Shown: positions 14,111 through 26,898 of the stretch, piece by piece
Layout of the letters: each line of letters opens with the position of its first letter
How positions within the stretch are numbered: the first letter of the stretch is position 1
Source of the DNA: Narcine bancroftii
Lineage: Eukaryota
DNA: 64,000 nucleotides
Direction: 5' to 3'
Assembly (NCBI RefSeq): GCF_036971445.1
Contig: NC_091473.1
Coordinates: 205,840,001 to 205,904,000 of the forward strand
Translations under genes and position numbers: made by a program
Notes under the pieces: generated by a model
The model's database searches: none
Seen by the model: only the letters and a program-made list of their open reading frames with translations
Told to the model about the DNA's origin: nothing

Positions 14111-17100
14111 ATATCATATTTAGAAAATATATGAAAACATAAATATGCAACGAAAATACTGGGGCCATCTTACGTGAGCAATTGAGTCTCAGAATATTGT
14201 GGGTGTTAACAGATACACTGAATGTAATATACACAGAGCTTGAACGGTGTTGCAAAGCTATGACCATCAATTTAACAATCAGGCATGGATAGGGAAATGG
14301 TGTTTCAGTCTGCTAAGCGCACCTCTCTTGCATGAGTCCACGTACACCTGCTCAAATATAAACACAAATGAATCACATCAATAGCGTAACTAACTCTAGA
14401 TCCGTTTAGCCGTCATGCCAGGATGTTTCACTTAACTCAGGGTCGCCCTTTTTGATATTATGCTATTTTGTATTGGACCAGTTATGGTAAGTTTAAATTA
14501 CGTGATTGCCAATTAAACTGCACTAGGATTCTCTTCATGTGCCACGCACTGTCGCATTGGCATATACCACTAATATCTCCGTGAAGTTAGACTTTGATGG
14601 CTCATTTCATTTGGTTTCAGTAGTCAGTACTCCTTTGATTTGAGGAAAATTATTTATGAAAATTAACTAAATTCTGAATCCTCTTCATGCCGTCTCTATT
14701 CATGCAATGCCATATTTCACGGTCTTCACAATCGACAACGTCTACACCCACCTCTATTTCGGGGAAGTGGTAAACACCTGTAAAGATCAATTCAAAATCT
14801 GTCACGTTCGTTCTTCCTCCCCACCACCATGCAGCAGAAGATAATCGAGATTGAAAACAGGAATACACCACTCAAATACGTCAGTCAGCTTCGTTTGTAT
14901 TATCAGGCTCTTGAAAAGGCCTCTGCAATGGTCAACTACGATGGATTGCTCTATTTTATTCTGCATTTGCCTCCATTGTCTGCGAGCTTTATATGTAAAA
15001 TTGCACTCTTTATATATGGAACAAAATGTAAAACTATATACAGCACCTATATTTTATTATGGCATGACATGGTATACACAATCGTTTTGATTTGTCAGGA
15101 TCTAAATCAAACCAAAGTCATTCAATATGCATCTGCATACATAGAAAAGAACAATATAACATAGTCTCCTGTGTTCATTTCAATTCTCAGCTAATTAAAT
15201 ACGAGGAGGACAATATCCATACAATTGCACCTGCGAACTATGCCTGAACATTATTGGTATATGTGGCGATCTGATTTGAAATGAGGCTGGGCCTAATTTC
15301 ACAAGCAACAATTGAATTGCAATACCTGCCTCAGAATCTTACATTTATTCAATGCAGCAAAAGTAGATACATGACTCATATGCTGAAAATATTTATTTAC
15401 TTTAATTTGGCTATTCGTTGGTGGAACCATCTTGGGCAGCAGTGTCTGATCTGACCCATGTTCTTTTCTGTGCAATGTTCTGAAATACACAATGCTTAAA
15501 TCGGAACAATATACGACATATTTAAAAGTCAACTGTGTCATTCATTGGTCCAAATGTGTTATAAGTATTATAACATTCAAAATATGCGATGCACGATAAC
15601 CCCAGGTGAAATCAAATTGGGCAAATTTCATATAATGACTTTAATTTAATTATTCACCGATAATAACCCGTAAAATGTGTACTGCACTGAGGCGAGTGAT
15701 AGTGAATATAACATGAACATTGAAAGCATTAACGCTATGTGTAAGGCGTATAATTTAAATTCAAAACTGAATAATGATTGGAAATAGCAGGAAAATAAAG
15801 GCTGAAATTACTGACCAGGAGATGAAATACTACAAATGTGACTGGAATTTATGGTCGACAATACTTTTTCAAAAGACTAAAGCATTAGTTTGTAGTGGGA
15901 CATGGTATATGCACTGACTCCATTTAGCTCAAATGCGCCAGGTAAGACAAGGTGTGATAGGGACAAATATTCAAAGATCTGTTTAATAATAAATGGAGGA
16001 TTAACTGGAATAATGTACAATGTACAAAATAATCAGGGACTAATCGATGAAAAATCGGTGCGGTGATCAATATCTTTCATATACTGCTTTCTCATCTCCG
16101 ACATCTGGACAGTAGGACATGAGCGACAACGGAGCAGATTGAGAGAAAGTTGAGTGTGCTTGCAGATAAACAGGCGACTGCATCAGCCACTTCCGATATA
16201 TTATGCAAGACCAATCTCATAATTTTTGCTGCTGAAACCCTCGATCATCGTCGTGACATTACGTAATATGCATGTGCCTATCATGACAGTTTTTAATGAC
16301 AATTGAATAACTTGCCCCAACAGAGGTCACTAATGGAAACATTGATATTCTGTTTTATAATGGTTGGTCAATTATATACCATTTCCAAAGAGTTTTATAT
16401 TTTTTTTAAATTTGACGCATTGAATGTCAGTTCCAGTGTTTCGACCCAATGATTTTCCTTTTATATTCTTACAGTTATTGAAAGAACGCAAAAACCTTCT
16501 AAATATGATTCATAATTCACCATCACCGATGATTAATTCATTGCCATGTTATTTCCTTAATAATACGTTTCCACCCGCTGAAATACTGAAGAGTTCAGAG
16601 AATGTGCGTTGAAATCTTGTCTTCTCCTTTCTTTTCCAGAACCCTTAACGATGTTAGTGAAATATCGTTTGCACTGGCTAACGATGCTGTCAGTTGAACG
16701 AGATGTCGTCCAACTGGGATTCCATTGGTATTTTGAATTAAAAGTGAGTGATCACTCAGCCGGCGTCGTTTTCTTGCGGATGAAAATTTGTTTGCAATTC
16801 CCACTATGGATGCGGTACAGGAGAATGGTAGAATGGGGAGAAAATGTTATTCGCACGTGGTAGGAAGAAAAAATAACATAAAGCAAAAATAACAGAAAGA
16901 AAAATCCAAACGTCAGCTGGTCTCCACGAAAATGGCCATAATATGCATCAAATATCGCTGCATCGTACGTCCAGGCACAAAGTGGGGACATCATATAGGA
17001 TTTATATTATCAGACTGCAAGAAGATGCAATTCGCGCGCAGCTGTCTGAAAAGTATTCAGCAAAGCTTGAGAAATTGTTGGTAAATAGAAATTAATACGA

Positions 17101-17342
17101 TAAAGAACATTACACGGATTTTTAGACACCTCACTGCTTCTCACGCCATTGTCTCTATCAAGCCACGGGGCAGGAAAACTTTTGTGGAAAACGTCTTTCA
17201 CCGCTTTGTTCGATATCTCTGAAGTTTAAGAACGACCTGATGTTACATCGAGCTTATCATTCGAGAAAGCACCAGGGAAACTGTTGGATCTTAGATTTAG
17301 CAAGAGTGTCTTGTTATGTATAATGGATAAATCCACTATCGG

Positions 17343-17348
<6 letters not shown>

Positions 17349-17384
<36 letters not shown>
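17349..17384. repeat. (AT)n microsatellite
   Basis: Direct reading. Confidence 0.95.
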
Positions 17385-17386
<2 letters not shown>

Positions 17387-17897
17387 AGTGCATTTTTTTA
17401 AAAAATGGCTAATAAATACTGAGAGATGATGATGTACGGTTCAAGATGTGTTTGATTGACATCTTCCTCACAATGATGATCCCATTAAATGGTCCATATG
17501 TAATGCCACGGATACAGCGCATGACACATGATAGAGGGTTTCTCAACGTGTGAGAAGAGAAAAGTTCAAAGAGTAAAGGGGGGGAGAAAGCGAGAGTGAG
17601 ATGGAGGTGCAGGGAATTGCGAAGACAGAGCGTGAGAAGGAAGGCAAAACAGGGTACCAGAGAGATCAGATAGAGCGAGCGAGAGAGTGAGTGAGAGAGA
17701 GAAGAAAGAGAAAGATAGAAAAATAAAGAAGGAAAAAGAAATCAAGATAATGATAAGTTGGTGGAAAGCGACAGAAGGAGGGAGAAATGAGCTATTACTA
17801 CAAATGACCGAGAAACATGGCCAGGATAGAGAGAATGTGATAGTGTGAAAAGTTGCAGAATGGGTAAGATATGGTCACGTACGCAGGAAGCAAAAAG

Positions 17898-18625
17898 TGT
17901 TACAGAGTGCAGAGGATCCCAAAACCAGCAGCATTAGATATGCACAACAACACAGGGTTATTTAAACGAAAGTTATTTTTAATTATAATTGAATAATTGA
18001 ACAAGAAAACAGAATTAAACTTTAACTTATTACTTAATCAACGTAACTACTTATTCTCCCCCCCTCCCCGCACTAATACTAAATGTAATGTAGATTTAAG
18101 ATTAGAAAAGTTCTTTAGATCACAGTCCAATCTCACTAGTTGCAGGCAATTCTTATACTGTGCACAGAGTTAGCATTAACAAAGTTCACCAGTGTTTGGT
18201 GCTTAACAGGCAAATGGTTACCAGTCAGGAGGGTTCTTGAGATTCATTTTACAGTATATCCGCACGTGATTCCTTCTCAATCAGTCTTGCAGATGAAACC
18301 CGACACCTTCAGGGTTCTCCAGATAATCCTCTTCCTTTCAGGTCACCTTTCAGATCACCTGTCTTCTCCCTTGACCAGGTAGAATTCCAAAGTTTGCCAG
18401 CTTGTCCTTCAGGAACTGATTTTTGTGTCTCACCTCGCTGTTTTCCACCCTCCCTCTATGAGAGCAAAACTATTCTCCTCTGTTTGCAAATATCACATAC
18501 TCTCCCAGGCAAGCTGTTGTCGATAATTTGTTGCTTCCTGCAAAAATTCCTGCAAATATTCTGTGTTTTAAAATGTGTGTGTTCAAACTGCTCTAACGAT
18601 TCCTCCTTCTAAATATGCTGTCACA
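17898..18625 (-). mobile_element. Solo LTR (family B)
   Basis: TGTTACAG...CTGTCACA termini; colinear homology with 20401-21257; flanks AAAG/AAAT. Orientation is inferred. Confidence 0.7.
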
Positions 18626-18960
18626 AAATTAATGGCGGAACTGAGAGCGAGGGCCGAGAGAACCAGAGAGAAATACATAAAAGGTAATGGAGGAAAAGAA
18701 AGACGAATAGAATAGAGAGAAATGGAGGGGCAGGCAGCAATAAAACTGATCCTGAATGTTATATCGATGGTCACCAAAGGGCGTTCTCGCCCTGGCAATC
18801 TTCTGTCCTTACTTTCCCAGAACGATGCTACAAAACGACCAATCCACAGTTCATGACATGGTTGCACTAAAGGTGACTCTGTAAGTCAAAAGAGTCGCTC
18901 ACCCCACGTCGTGATTAGACCTCAGAACAGGTACGTCACCTCAGAAGCCAGGAAGTGAAC

Positions 18961-19193
18961 NNNNNNNNNNNNNNNNNNNNNNNNNNNNNNNNNNNNNNNN
19001 NNNNNNNNNNNNNNNNNNNNNNNNNNNNNNNNNNNNNNNNNNNNNNNNNNNNNNNNNNNNNNNNNNNNNNNNNNNNNNNNNNNNNNNNNNNNNNNNNNNN
19101 NNNNNNNNNNNNNNNNNNNNNNNNNNNNNNNNNNNNNNNNNNNNNNNNNNNNNNNNNNNNNNNNNNNNNNNNNNNNNNNNNNNNNNNNNNNNN
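18961..19193. other. Assembly gap (other gaps at 1904-2054 and 25784-25949)
   Basis: Runs of N. Confidence 1.
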
Positions 19194-19478
19194 GGAGAAA
19201 TAGAGAGAGAACGGAAGATGGGAGGGACAATGTCACAGAGAGAGAAAGGTAGAATCAGAAAGATAAATATTTAACTGAATATATACCGAAAAGATGATAC
19301 ATTGAAATAACGCACATATTGATTGGTGACTTTATGAACTCAGCTCCATTTATCAGTATTCCTGCAGGTGAACTTCGCCCTCTGTCTGCCGCTAATATGA
19401 CATTGCTCTCCAATATCGCTGAAGTGGTGCTAAGTTCGTCAAAGGAAACAGTCTTTAGATTGCGCCTGCCTCGGTACC

Positions 19479-19782
19479 ATGTGTCCCGTGTGTTGGTTCC
19501 TGATGATATTGACCACACTTCCCGGTGAGTTTTTGTCGAATTGTTCACCGAATTCCCCACAGGTTCAACATGCCCGTGGATTGTTCATTCATTGTGTCCT
19601 TTGTTGCACTAACGAATGGGATATATTCTGTGATGCCAAACCCTCGTGAAAATATGAATGACGAAGGAGAGAACATTAGAATGAACTGTACTTTCACGTT
19701 AGCAAATGAATATTTTTATTACATTCAACATCGCGCGAAATCTCCAAAATATGCACTAAAGATGTATAGTTTTCATCTTTAA
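19479..19782 (+). pseudogene. TCR V pseudogene, 3'-truncated (leader 19479-19524, exon from about 19610)
   Basis: The 46-nt leader MCPVCWFLMILTTLP+G has a GTGAGT donor; the 85-bp intron ends in CAC instead of CAG. The exon TNGIYSVMPNPRENMNDEGENIRMNCTFTLANEYFYYIQHRAKSPKYALKM aligns to FR1-FR2 of the intact V. No FR3 or RSS is present. Confidence 0.8.
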
Positions 19783-20400
19783 ACTTTTGATTGCTAACCA
19801 TTTGGCGCATGAATTGTTTCCTCTCACTTTCAGCCCACCTGTCCTCTCAGTTTTTTCCATCTTTTTCCTGCACTCACATTTTCCTCTAACTGCATTTGTT
19901 TCTGTTCCCTAACTTTTCTCTTTTATTGTTTAGTTTTGAAAAAGATTAATGGCTTGGTGTAATCCAATGCATGATTTAGAGTTTCAAGCAGAACATTTAA
20001 CAGTGCTAATTTGAAGAAAAAGAGCAGAACAGACCGTTAAGTCAGTCACGAACGGAGAGGAAAAATCTGTCTTTTTCTCTCTCTTGGGTCGGGCTGTGGG
20101 CAAGGGAATGTGCTCCCATTTTAATCGTAATTATCATATCTATAATATGAAATGATAATTCAGTTTCACATTCTGTAGTTGATAGTGGTCTGTTCATTAT
20201 TAAATATAATTTTTATTACTCATATTTCCTGGAGAAAAGTTTAATTTCAGCCTTATACTGCACAGTAAGGGCAGGAGATGCCAGAAATATTAACTTAACT
20301 TTGATTGCTAAGTGATATACTAGACATGTAATTGTGATCCCCATTGTTTCGTCCCCTGTGGCTTGCATTATCTCTCTAGGCCTTATTTTTTCCCACCCAC

Positions 20401-21257
20401 TGTTCCGAATCCAGAGGACACCAAAACACAGCAGCAATAAATATTCATCATGATAAATAGTTACTTAAACAAATGTTGCTTTTAATGATTTTTGAATGTG
20501 AAAATAGAAACAAACTTTAACTTATCTCTATTGACTTACTTAACCTTCCTCTAATTCCAGGTGCAGGCGTGCGTTATGTGGGTTTAAGATTAGAAAGGTT
20601 CATTGATTCACAGCCCAATCCAACTGGTTGCAGGCAATTCTTGTACTGTGCACGGACGTTAACATTAATAAAGTTCACCAGGCTTTGGTGCTTAACAGGT
20701 TATCACTCAGGAGATTTCTTGCTGATTTTCAGAGAGAGGGATAAAGAGAGAGATTGCTCGTTCCAGGACATCCACAACTGATACCTTTTTAATCAGCCAC
20801 TCGAGTGTCTTGCTGATGAAACTTTCCACCTTCAGTGTTCTCCAGATTATAACCTGTTATTTTTCAGGTCATCTATTCCAAGGGAAACACTGGGCAGCTA
20901 GTCCTCTACTTTGATAAGAACTTCTTCTAAAGCATGCAAGCTTTTTTGTTTAGAACGAATATCTGTGTGTCTCCTATCTCTCTCTCACCCCCTCCAACTC
21001 TGAGAGTAAAGCCGATTTTTCTGCTCTGTGACTGCCAACTTCACATGACCTTCCAGACAATAAATATTTTTCTAGACATAACTGCTGCTGCCTGTTGATA
21101 CATTTGTTGCGGTTTGCAAATAACAGTGCATTATGAATTCTCTGAGAATTCTGCAAAATCTCTTTGCAAAACCTGTATTTTAAAGAGTTTTCGTGGAACC
21201 TCCTCTAACAAACCTTTCCAAATTGATTTCCCAAACACCTCTATGTACTCTGTCATA
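20401..21257 (-). mobile_element. Solo LTR (family B, second copy)
   Basis: Shares TTGCAGGCAATTCTT.TACTGTGCAC and AAAGTTCACCAG..TTTGGTGCTTAACAGG with 17898-18625; flanks CCAC/TCAC. Confidence 0.7.
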
Positions 21258-21259
21258 TC

Positions 21260-23430
21260 ACATTAGTCGTTTTGTATTGGCTGTGTTACTACCATTATAA
21301 ATTCGTCCCCCTTCTCTTTCTAACTGGAATATGAACGGACCGACCCCTTTTCTGATATATCATTACGTTTTTAACTCCATCATATATTTGCCTGGCCAGC
21401 AATATTCTGGCCTACTCCTCAATTCCTACCTCTTTTCTTTGAGTTGAGCAAGTTACTGTCCAATTGAAATTTCTACCCTTAATCTTTACCATACTTCGGA
21501 CACAAATAACATATTGGCTCTCCCGGGATCCATACATCACTCATTTCTTTCTCCAAAGGAGAGATTACTTCTGATTTATCACACACTTGTGCTATGTTCT
21601 CCATTTGTTCGTCTGCACCCACTTCAGGGTCCTGACCTTCGCATGGGGGATTTCCCCTTTTAAAAACCAGTCGAAGGAAGGACGTCAGAACTAGGACAAC
21701 ACGTTATGTTGGATAGTACATTTATCCACTCACCGGGCAAATCCTCAAGCCCATATACTCTGTGTGCTCAGGGGCGACATTCTGGGTTCATCTGGAGTCC
21801 ATCAGGAAGCGAAGGATCAGTTGATCTAACACCTTAAGAAAGTATCCCATGGGCCCGTTCCTTAGTCTTTAGAATCTAGTCCAACTGGTCACTGATAACA
21901 TCCAGTAGGCATTCCTTAATCAAGACTCCTGTCTGGTTTGTCAAATGTTGTATTGAAACTGGCGCTTCCCAATGCAAAGAGCTCAGCACACAGTGCATGT
22001 ACAGTAAACTCATTATTTGACACCAAGTTCACCTAAGAGGACCCATACAGCTTTCAGTCACTGCTGGTCTCTATTAAATAAAGGGATGCACAAAATTCTA
22101 TACATTCGATAAAACAAGTTAAACTAAACGATTCAATCATTATTCTATATAAAAGGTTAATTAACATTACATACAAGGTAAATCACACCCTACATATCCT
22201 CCTCCCCTATACCCCGGTAACAAGGTAGAATAATAAGTACACTGAGTTATATTTATTCCACATAAGGTTGGTTTCTTTTCATGATTTCCCTCGACATCAA
22301 GCTGTTTGTCCAGTTTAAAAAAAACTTTATTCTTTAGTTATCTTCACTGCCTGACACGCTTAACCCAGTCTCTCTCATGTCGTGAAATCCTTCACTATCT
22401 CTCTTTTTTTTCTCGCTTTTCGGATTTACCTTTAGACTTAATTTTTGATTCGTACTTTCAATTCATAACACATGTTTATATGGAAGTTACCTTCCTTTGG
22501 CCATTTTGCTAACAATTTTGCCGTTCTTCTTTCCCATTTTCAGAGGTATTTACAATATAGTTTTTAAATACTGCGAACGGTCTGCTTAATATCTCAACTG
22601 CACTTGCTTTACTCATTGTATTATTTTGTTCAGCACAGTTCGTCATTCAGTCCAGTCGAAATCATTATTTCTGTCCTGTCTCTTCTTTTCAGTCACGATG
22701 CTATTTTTACACCACTTGTATTTTCTCCAGTACAATACTAATTTTCCCTAACAATTTGAGGTTTTATATTATCTATTTGGTCCGATTTTCTTTAGTTTAC
22801 ATGTTCTTCCCGTGCAGTCCCCTATTTATCGAGGACAGTATCTGCAGAACGTCGAATCCTGCTCGTGCAATCCTCTATTTACCTAGGCCGGTAGTCGCCG
22901 GATGCCACTCCCGCTTAGACCCCTATTTACCTCGAGCGTTATCCAGGAGGACAAACCCACTCCACGTGGAATTTTCTTCAATCAAACTCTATCCCTTATT
23001 TCTACTAATCCCACAACACAGTTTTCCTTATCAATTGTCCGAGCCTCCTACAAATTCAATTTGTCAGCTAGTTATATCGGATCAGAGAGATATTCTGATG
23101 TCATATGGCCCTTCTATGTCCCAGGAGACCATCTAATTCCCAACAGATTTTAGTCCGAATTTAAAATGAAAACCGCTCAAATTTTTTTGCGAGTGGCCAC
23201 ACTTTATCTGTTGGTTTGGAAAAGATCCCCGAGGGGCTGGGAAGCGTTCTCGACCAGCCACCCCTTTTCTGATGACTCTGTTTCCGATCCTGCTGGCAGT
23301 GCCAAATATGTGGTGGTTTGCTGAGGTCCAAAAACAAGTTCAGACAACGCGGAGGATTCTTTAGCAATGCTTACTCTTTATTCGCAAGTTAAAGTTTTGA
23401 CAATTTAAAGCCTGGACTCTTAAACGCCCG
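21260..23430 (-). mobile_element. Probable heavily decayed retroviral gag-pro remnant
   Basis: Purine-rich minus strand and a protease-like YLIETSS near 22070; otherwise weak. Confidence 0.35.
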
Positions 23431-23504
23431 TTTCTACGAGAATTCATTTGGATAAACAAAGGATATGCAGGCATCTTGCATTTCACCTACCAATGGGATT
23501 AATC

Positions 23505-23520
23505 AACATCACGTCATGTG
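23505..23520. promoter_or_regulatory. CRE-like motif in the V promoter
   Basis: TCACGTCA at 23509-23516, about 120 bp upstream of the leader ATG, with a CCAAT just upstream. CRE-like elements are typical of TCR V promoters. Confidence 0.45.
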
Positions 23521-23635
23521 AGATGGAAACGCCCCTTCGACTTGCCAAAACAAAACGAGCTCCTGATCTTCCTTCCTGTCACCTATTTGATCCGACACAC
23601 ATCAGCTGGTCCAAGTTGTTGCCAGACCAGATACC

Positions 23636-24072
23636 ATGATCTCGCTCTGGCCCACATTGATGATATTGTTTGAATTCGCCGGTAAGTCTTTATTAAAATG
23701 AATATTGTGACGACCGTGACTTCCACGTCAGACAGGTTACCAATAACTTCTGTTATATGTTCCAGACGTGTATGGCGATACATCAATGTTGCAGTTTCCG
23801 CGTGAGCTGGTGGCCGAAGAAGGAGAAACTGTGAAACTAAATTGCAGTTATCCGGCATCATACGCTGGTTACACTGCGTTCTGGTACACTCAGTATCGCA
23901 GAAAAGCACCAAAATACCTACTGAAGATTTTGCCCTCGAGCAACATACATCGGTCCCATGGAATCTCAATGAAGTTTTCTGCTGTCTATCAGAAAGAAAT
24001 TCGGTCGATTCCTTTAACAATCACAGATGTCTGTGTGTCTGATTCTGCTGTGTATCTCTGTGCCATGAGGCC
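23636..24072 (+). CDS. TCR alpha/delta-type V gene segment, apparently intact (leader exon 23636-23681, intron 23682-23765, V exon 23766-24072)
   Basis: The 46-nt leader is MISLWPTLMILFEFA+G, followed by a GTAAGT donor and a TTCCAG acceptor (phase 1). The V exon reads DVYGDTSMLQFPRELVAEEGETVKLNCSY...AFWYTQY..KAPKYLL...LTITDVCVSDSAVYLCAMRP. It has the conserved Cys, Trp and Cys, no stops, and is followed directly by an RSS. Confidence 0.93.
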
Positions 24073-24110
24073 CACACTGCGAAAAAAAGCAGCAGACCTG
24101 AACAAAAACG
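24073..24110 (+). promoter_or_regulatory. Recombination signal sequence (23-class RSS, 22-nt spacer)
   Basis: CACACTG (24073-79) + 22 nt + ACAAAAACG (24102-10); consensus is CACAGTG/ACAAAAACC. Confidence 0.9.
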
Positions 24111-26880
24111 CACCATGGAAGATCCAGCGTTTCCAACAGAGGGGGCACTCGCACCCGAGTACAGAGGTCATCCAACTAAGAAATCACTAAACACATATTC
24201 TGCAACCATTTCCAATTCCAAATCAAAGATGTGAAGATACGATTAATATATTTGAAGTACTATTTCATTCTATCAACAAGATGAATTCTCTTCAGCGTTT
24301 GTGCATATATAACTGTTGAGCTAGATATTTCTACAGGAACAATAGGCCTTAGAGCGCCTCGACGATCCTGTTTGATTCTTTCATGGGGGGATTAATGTAT
24401 AAAATCTGAAATAACTGACTTAAAAAAATGAAAGTATATTATAAACTTCCAAAACGTACCTGTATACTTTTGGATCAGACAGCGAGAGAAAGGAAAACGG
24501 CAAGAGACAAAGAAAAAAAAAATGAGTAATGATACAAAGAAAATCGAAGAAAAACAACCTTGCTTGAAGATGCAGCCTGAACCTTAGGTTGCTGAACCTC
24601 TTGGAGTGACACACGTGATGACATCCTTTTTCCATCTTAAGGCAGCGACACCTCCTGAGATAACCAGGGAGGGAAGGTTAAGCCAAATCTCTCCAGAAAC
24701 TTGCAGAAGTTTATCCTCGTGCATGCGCAAAGGAGACGCATGACAGCGCCATTTCCATTTTTGCTCGAATTATGGAACTGGAATCTGATATAGAAGAGCT
24801 GCAGGAACACCTGTTGCTTTGACAGCTGGTAATCAACGGAAAAAGGAAGATCAAGAAGAATTGGATGAAGATGAATAAGATGATGAAGTGGAAGTGATGT
24901 ATGCTTCTGAATTTGAATGCCGATATATAATGGGAAAATATCATGTTATAAGTGCTTATATTAGAAATGTCAGATGTGATATGAAGAACATTAAAAGTGA
25001 CATGTTTAAACATACCTCACAAGTTAATAAAGATAAAGCAACACTTCAAAGAGTTGACCTGAATGCGAAGATTGTGAAATGATATGGATATCTGCATGGC
25101 TAGAATTGACAGTCTCAAAAATTCGGATTCTCTCTGGGAAAAGCAGAGGAAAAAAAATATTGAAAAGATGGGTATGTGGGAAAATCAAAGTAGACAAAAC
25201 AAGTACAAATTACTTGGTCTTGAAGATGATTTTGAAGGAACTGAAGATCCTGTGGAACGATTTTCAAAAGTGGAATCCCAGCATTATTGAAGATAATTTT
25301 CAAATTGGAATTGAATTGGAAAGCACTCATAGAGCTTTACGGAGGATGCCATAGTCAAATCAAATTGATTAAGTGTCTGCGATACCAGGACAAAGAAAAT
25401 ATCTTATTACTCGCAGTTCAAAAAGCAAGACAAAATATATGTCAAATTGTTATTGATGGAAATAAAATTTAAATAAGGCGGTGGTGGATAAAGAAAAGAA
25501 TTTAATCCAGTGAAAGCGATTTTTCGGAAGAAGGGTTTTTAGTTTACTTTCAGACATCCAGCTACTTTAACGATTTTGTTTTGGCAATGAAATACTCAAG
25601 TTTGTTTGTAACGCGAAAGACAATCACTTCCTACATTTATAGACCAGCAGGAATTGCTGAAAATGCAAATCACACCGAAGACGGCCGTCACGAAACAAAC
25701 TGTGCTGTCAATAAGAGTTGCAATTGCCTACGGAATCTCAGAGTGATACAAACGTAAATTGATGATGATCGTGAAATTGCGGANNNNNNNNNNNNNNNNN
25801 NNNNNNNNNNNNNNNNNNNNNNNNNNNNNNNNNNNNNNNNNNNNNNNNNNNNNNNNNNNNNNNNNNNNNNNNNNNNNNNNNNNNNNNNNNNNNNNNNNNN
25901 NNNNNNNNNNNNNNNNNNNNNNNNNNNNNNNNNNNNNNNNNNNNNNNNNCGTTTGATGTTTTTCTAACTTCCTTGACCCGTTATGTGCCATATTGAGGCA
26001 GCACCCATACTGTGAAGGGAAGTAGAGCTATGTTTTATTTACTCAGTACGCTTTGAGTGGTATTTATTTTTATCTTTATATATAATTTGTTTGTTCATGA
26101 ATTATTAATTATGTTCTTTTAAAACATCTTTATTTTGTCCTACGAGACAGAGACGATCAGGAACTGATTAGAATTGATGAAGGAGACCTTGAAGAATGGG
26201 ATTGGAAGAGAATTGGATCTAAGACAATGGATGAAAACAATATATTAAATTTTCTTAGTTTTCATGTGAATGGGTGACTAATACAATGAAAACGAAATGA
26301 ATATGAAATCGTATGAAAAAGATGAAATAGATGCTGGATTGCTACGACTATGAAATATTGATGAAAATGATTAAATTCGCACCATTCTGTGAAAAGTAAT
26401 GGAATGCAAAGTATGTAGATAAATGCTTGAGAGTAGAAAGTACTGGAAAATTTCCCCCTTCTTATCAGGAGCACCAAGGATGCATGGATCTCTTTCAGTC
26501 GGGTACAGTGACCTAAGTTAGATTATAGCTAGTACTGCGCTTGGTTAATAGAGACATGAACATTAACTTAGGCGCCCTTAAGTATGGATTGAACTAATTA
26601 ACATAACATGTGATGTATGAAGAGGGAGGAACAGTGTGATAACTGAATTAATGGAAGGGAGAAGGAGAATGTTGTAATGTATTGGGATTCTCATTGAAGA
26701 AAGTAAATGAAGGTGGGGTGGTATGAGCGCGTAACTGTACAAACGAGTGATGATTCTCAACCTCCGGTATGTCTCCAGACCAGAGGCACCCCACTTTGCC
26801 GTCTCGAAATGAAGCTGAAAATGTTCTCCAAGATAATGTCTCCAGAGTAGTGACTGTGAACACTTTATATTTCATAAGCT

Positions 26881-26898
26881 TGGGGACTCGCCCGGGAT
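26881..26898 (+). promoter_or_regulatory. Primer-binding site, tRNA-Pro
   Basis: TGGGGACTCGCCCGGGAT versus the canonical Pro PBS TGGGGGCTCGTCCGGGAT (2 mismatches), 4 nt after the LTR end. Confidence 0.85.

Noticed and set aside
14829-16863. ORFs at 14829 and 16609 with faint V-like words and a good splice acceptor at ~16640
   Set aside because: No conserved Cys, Trp, DxxxYxC or RSS; insufficient support.
23636-24110. NAR-TCR V, IgH-like (TAILV) or Ig light V identity
   Set aside because: There is no promoter octamer, the segment ends CAMRP with a 23-class RSS, and FR2 WY..Y..KAPKYLL fits TCR alpha/delta. No adjacent D-J cassette was seen.
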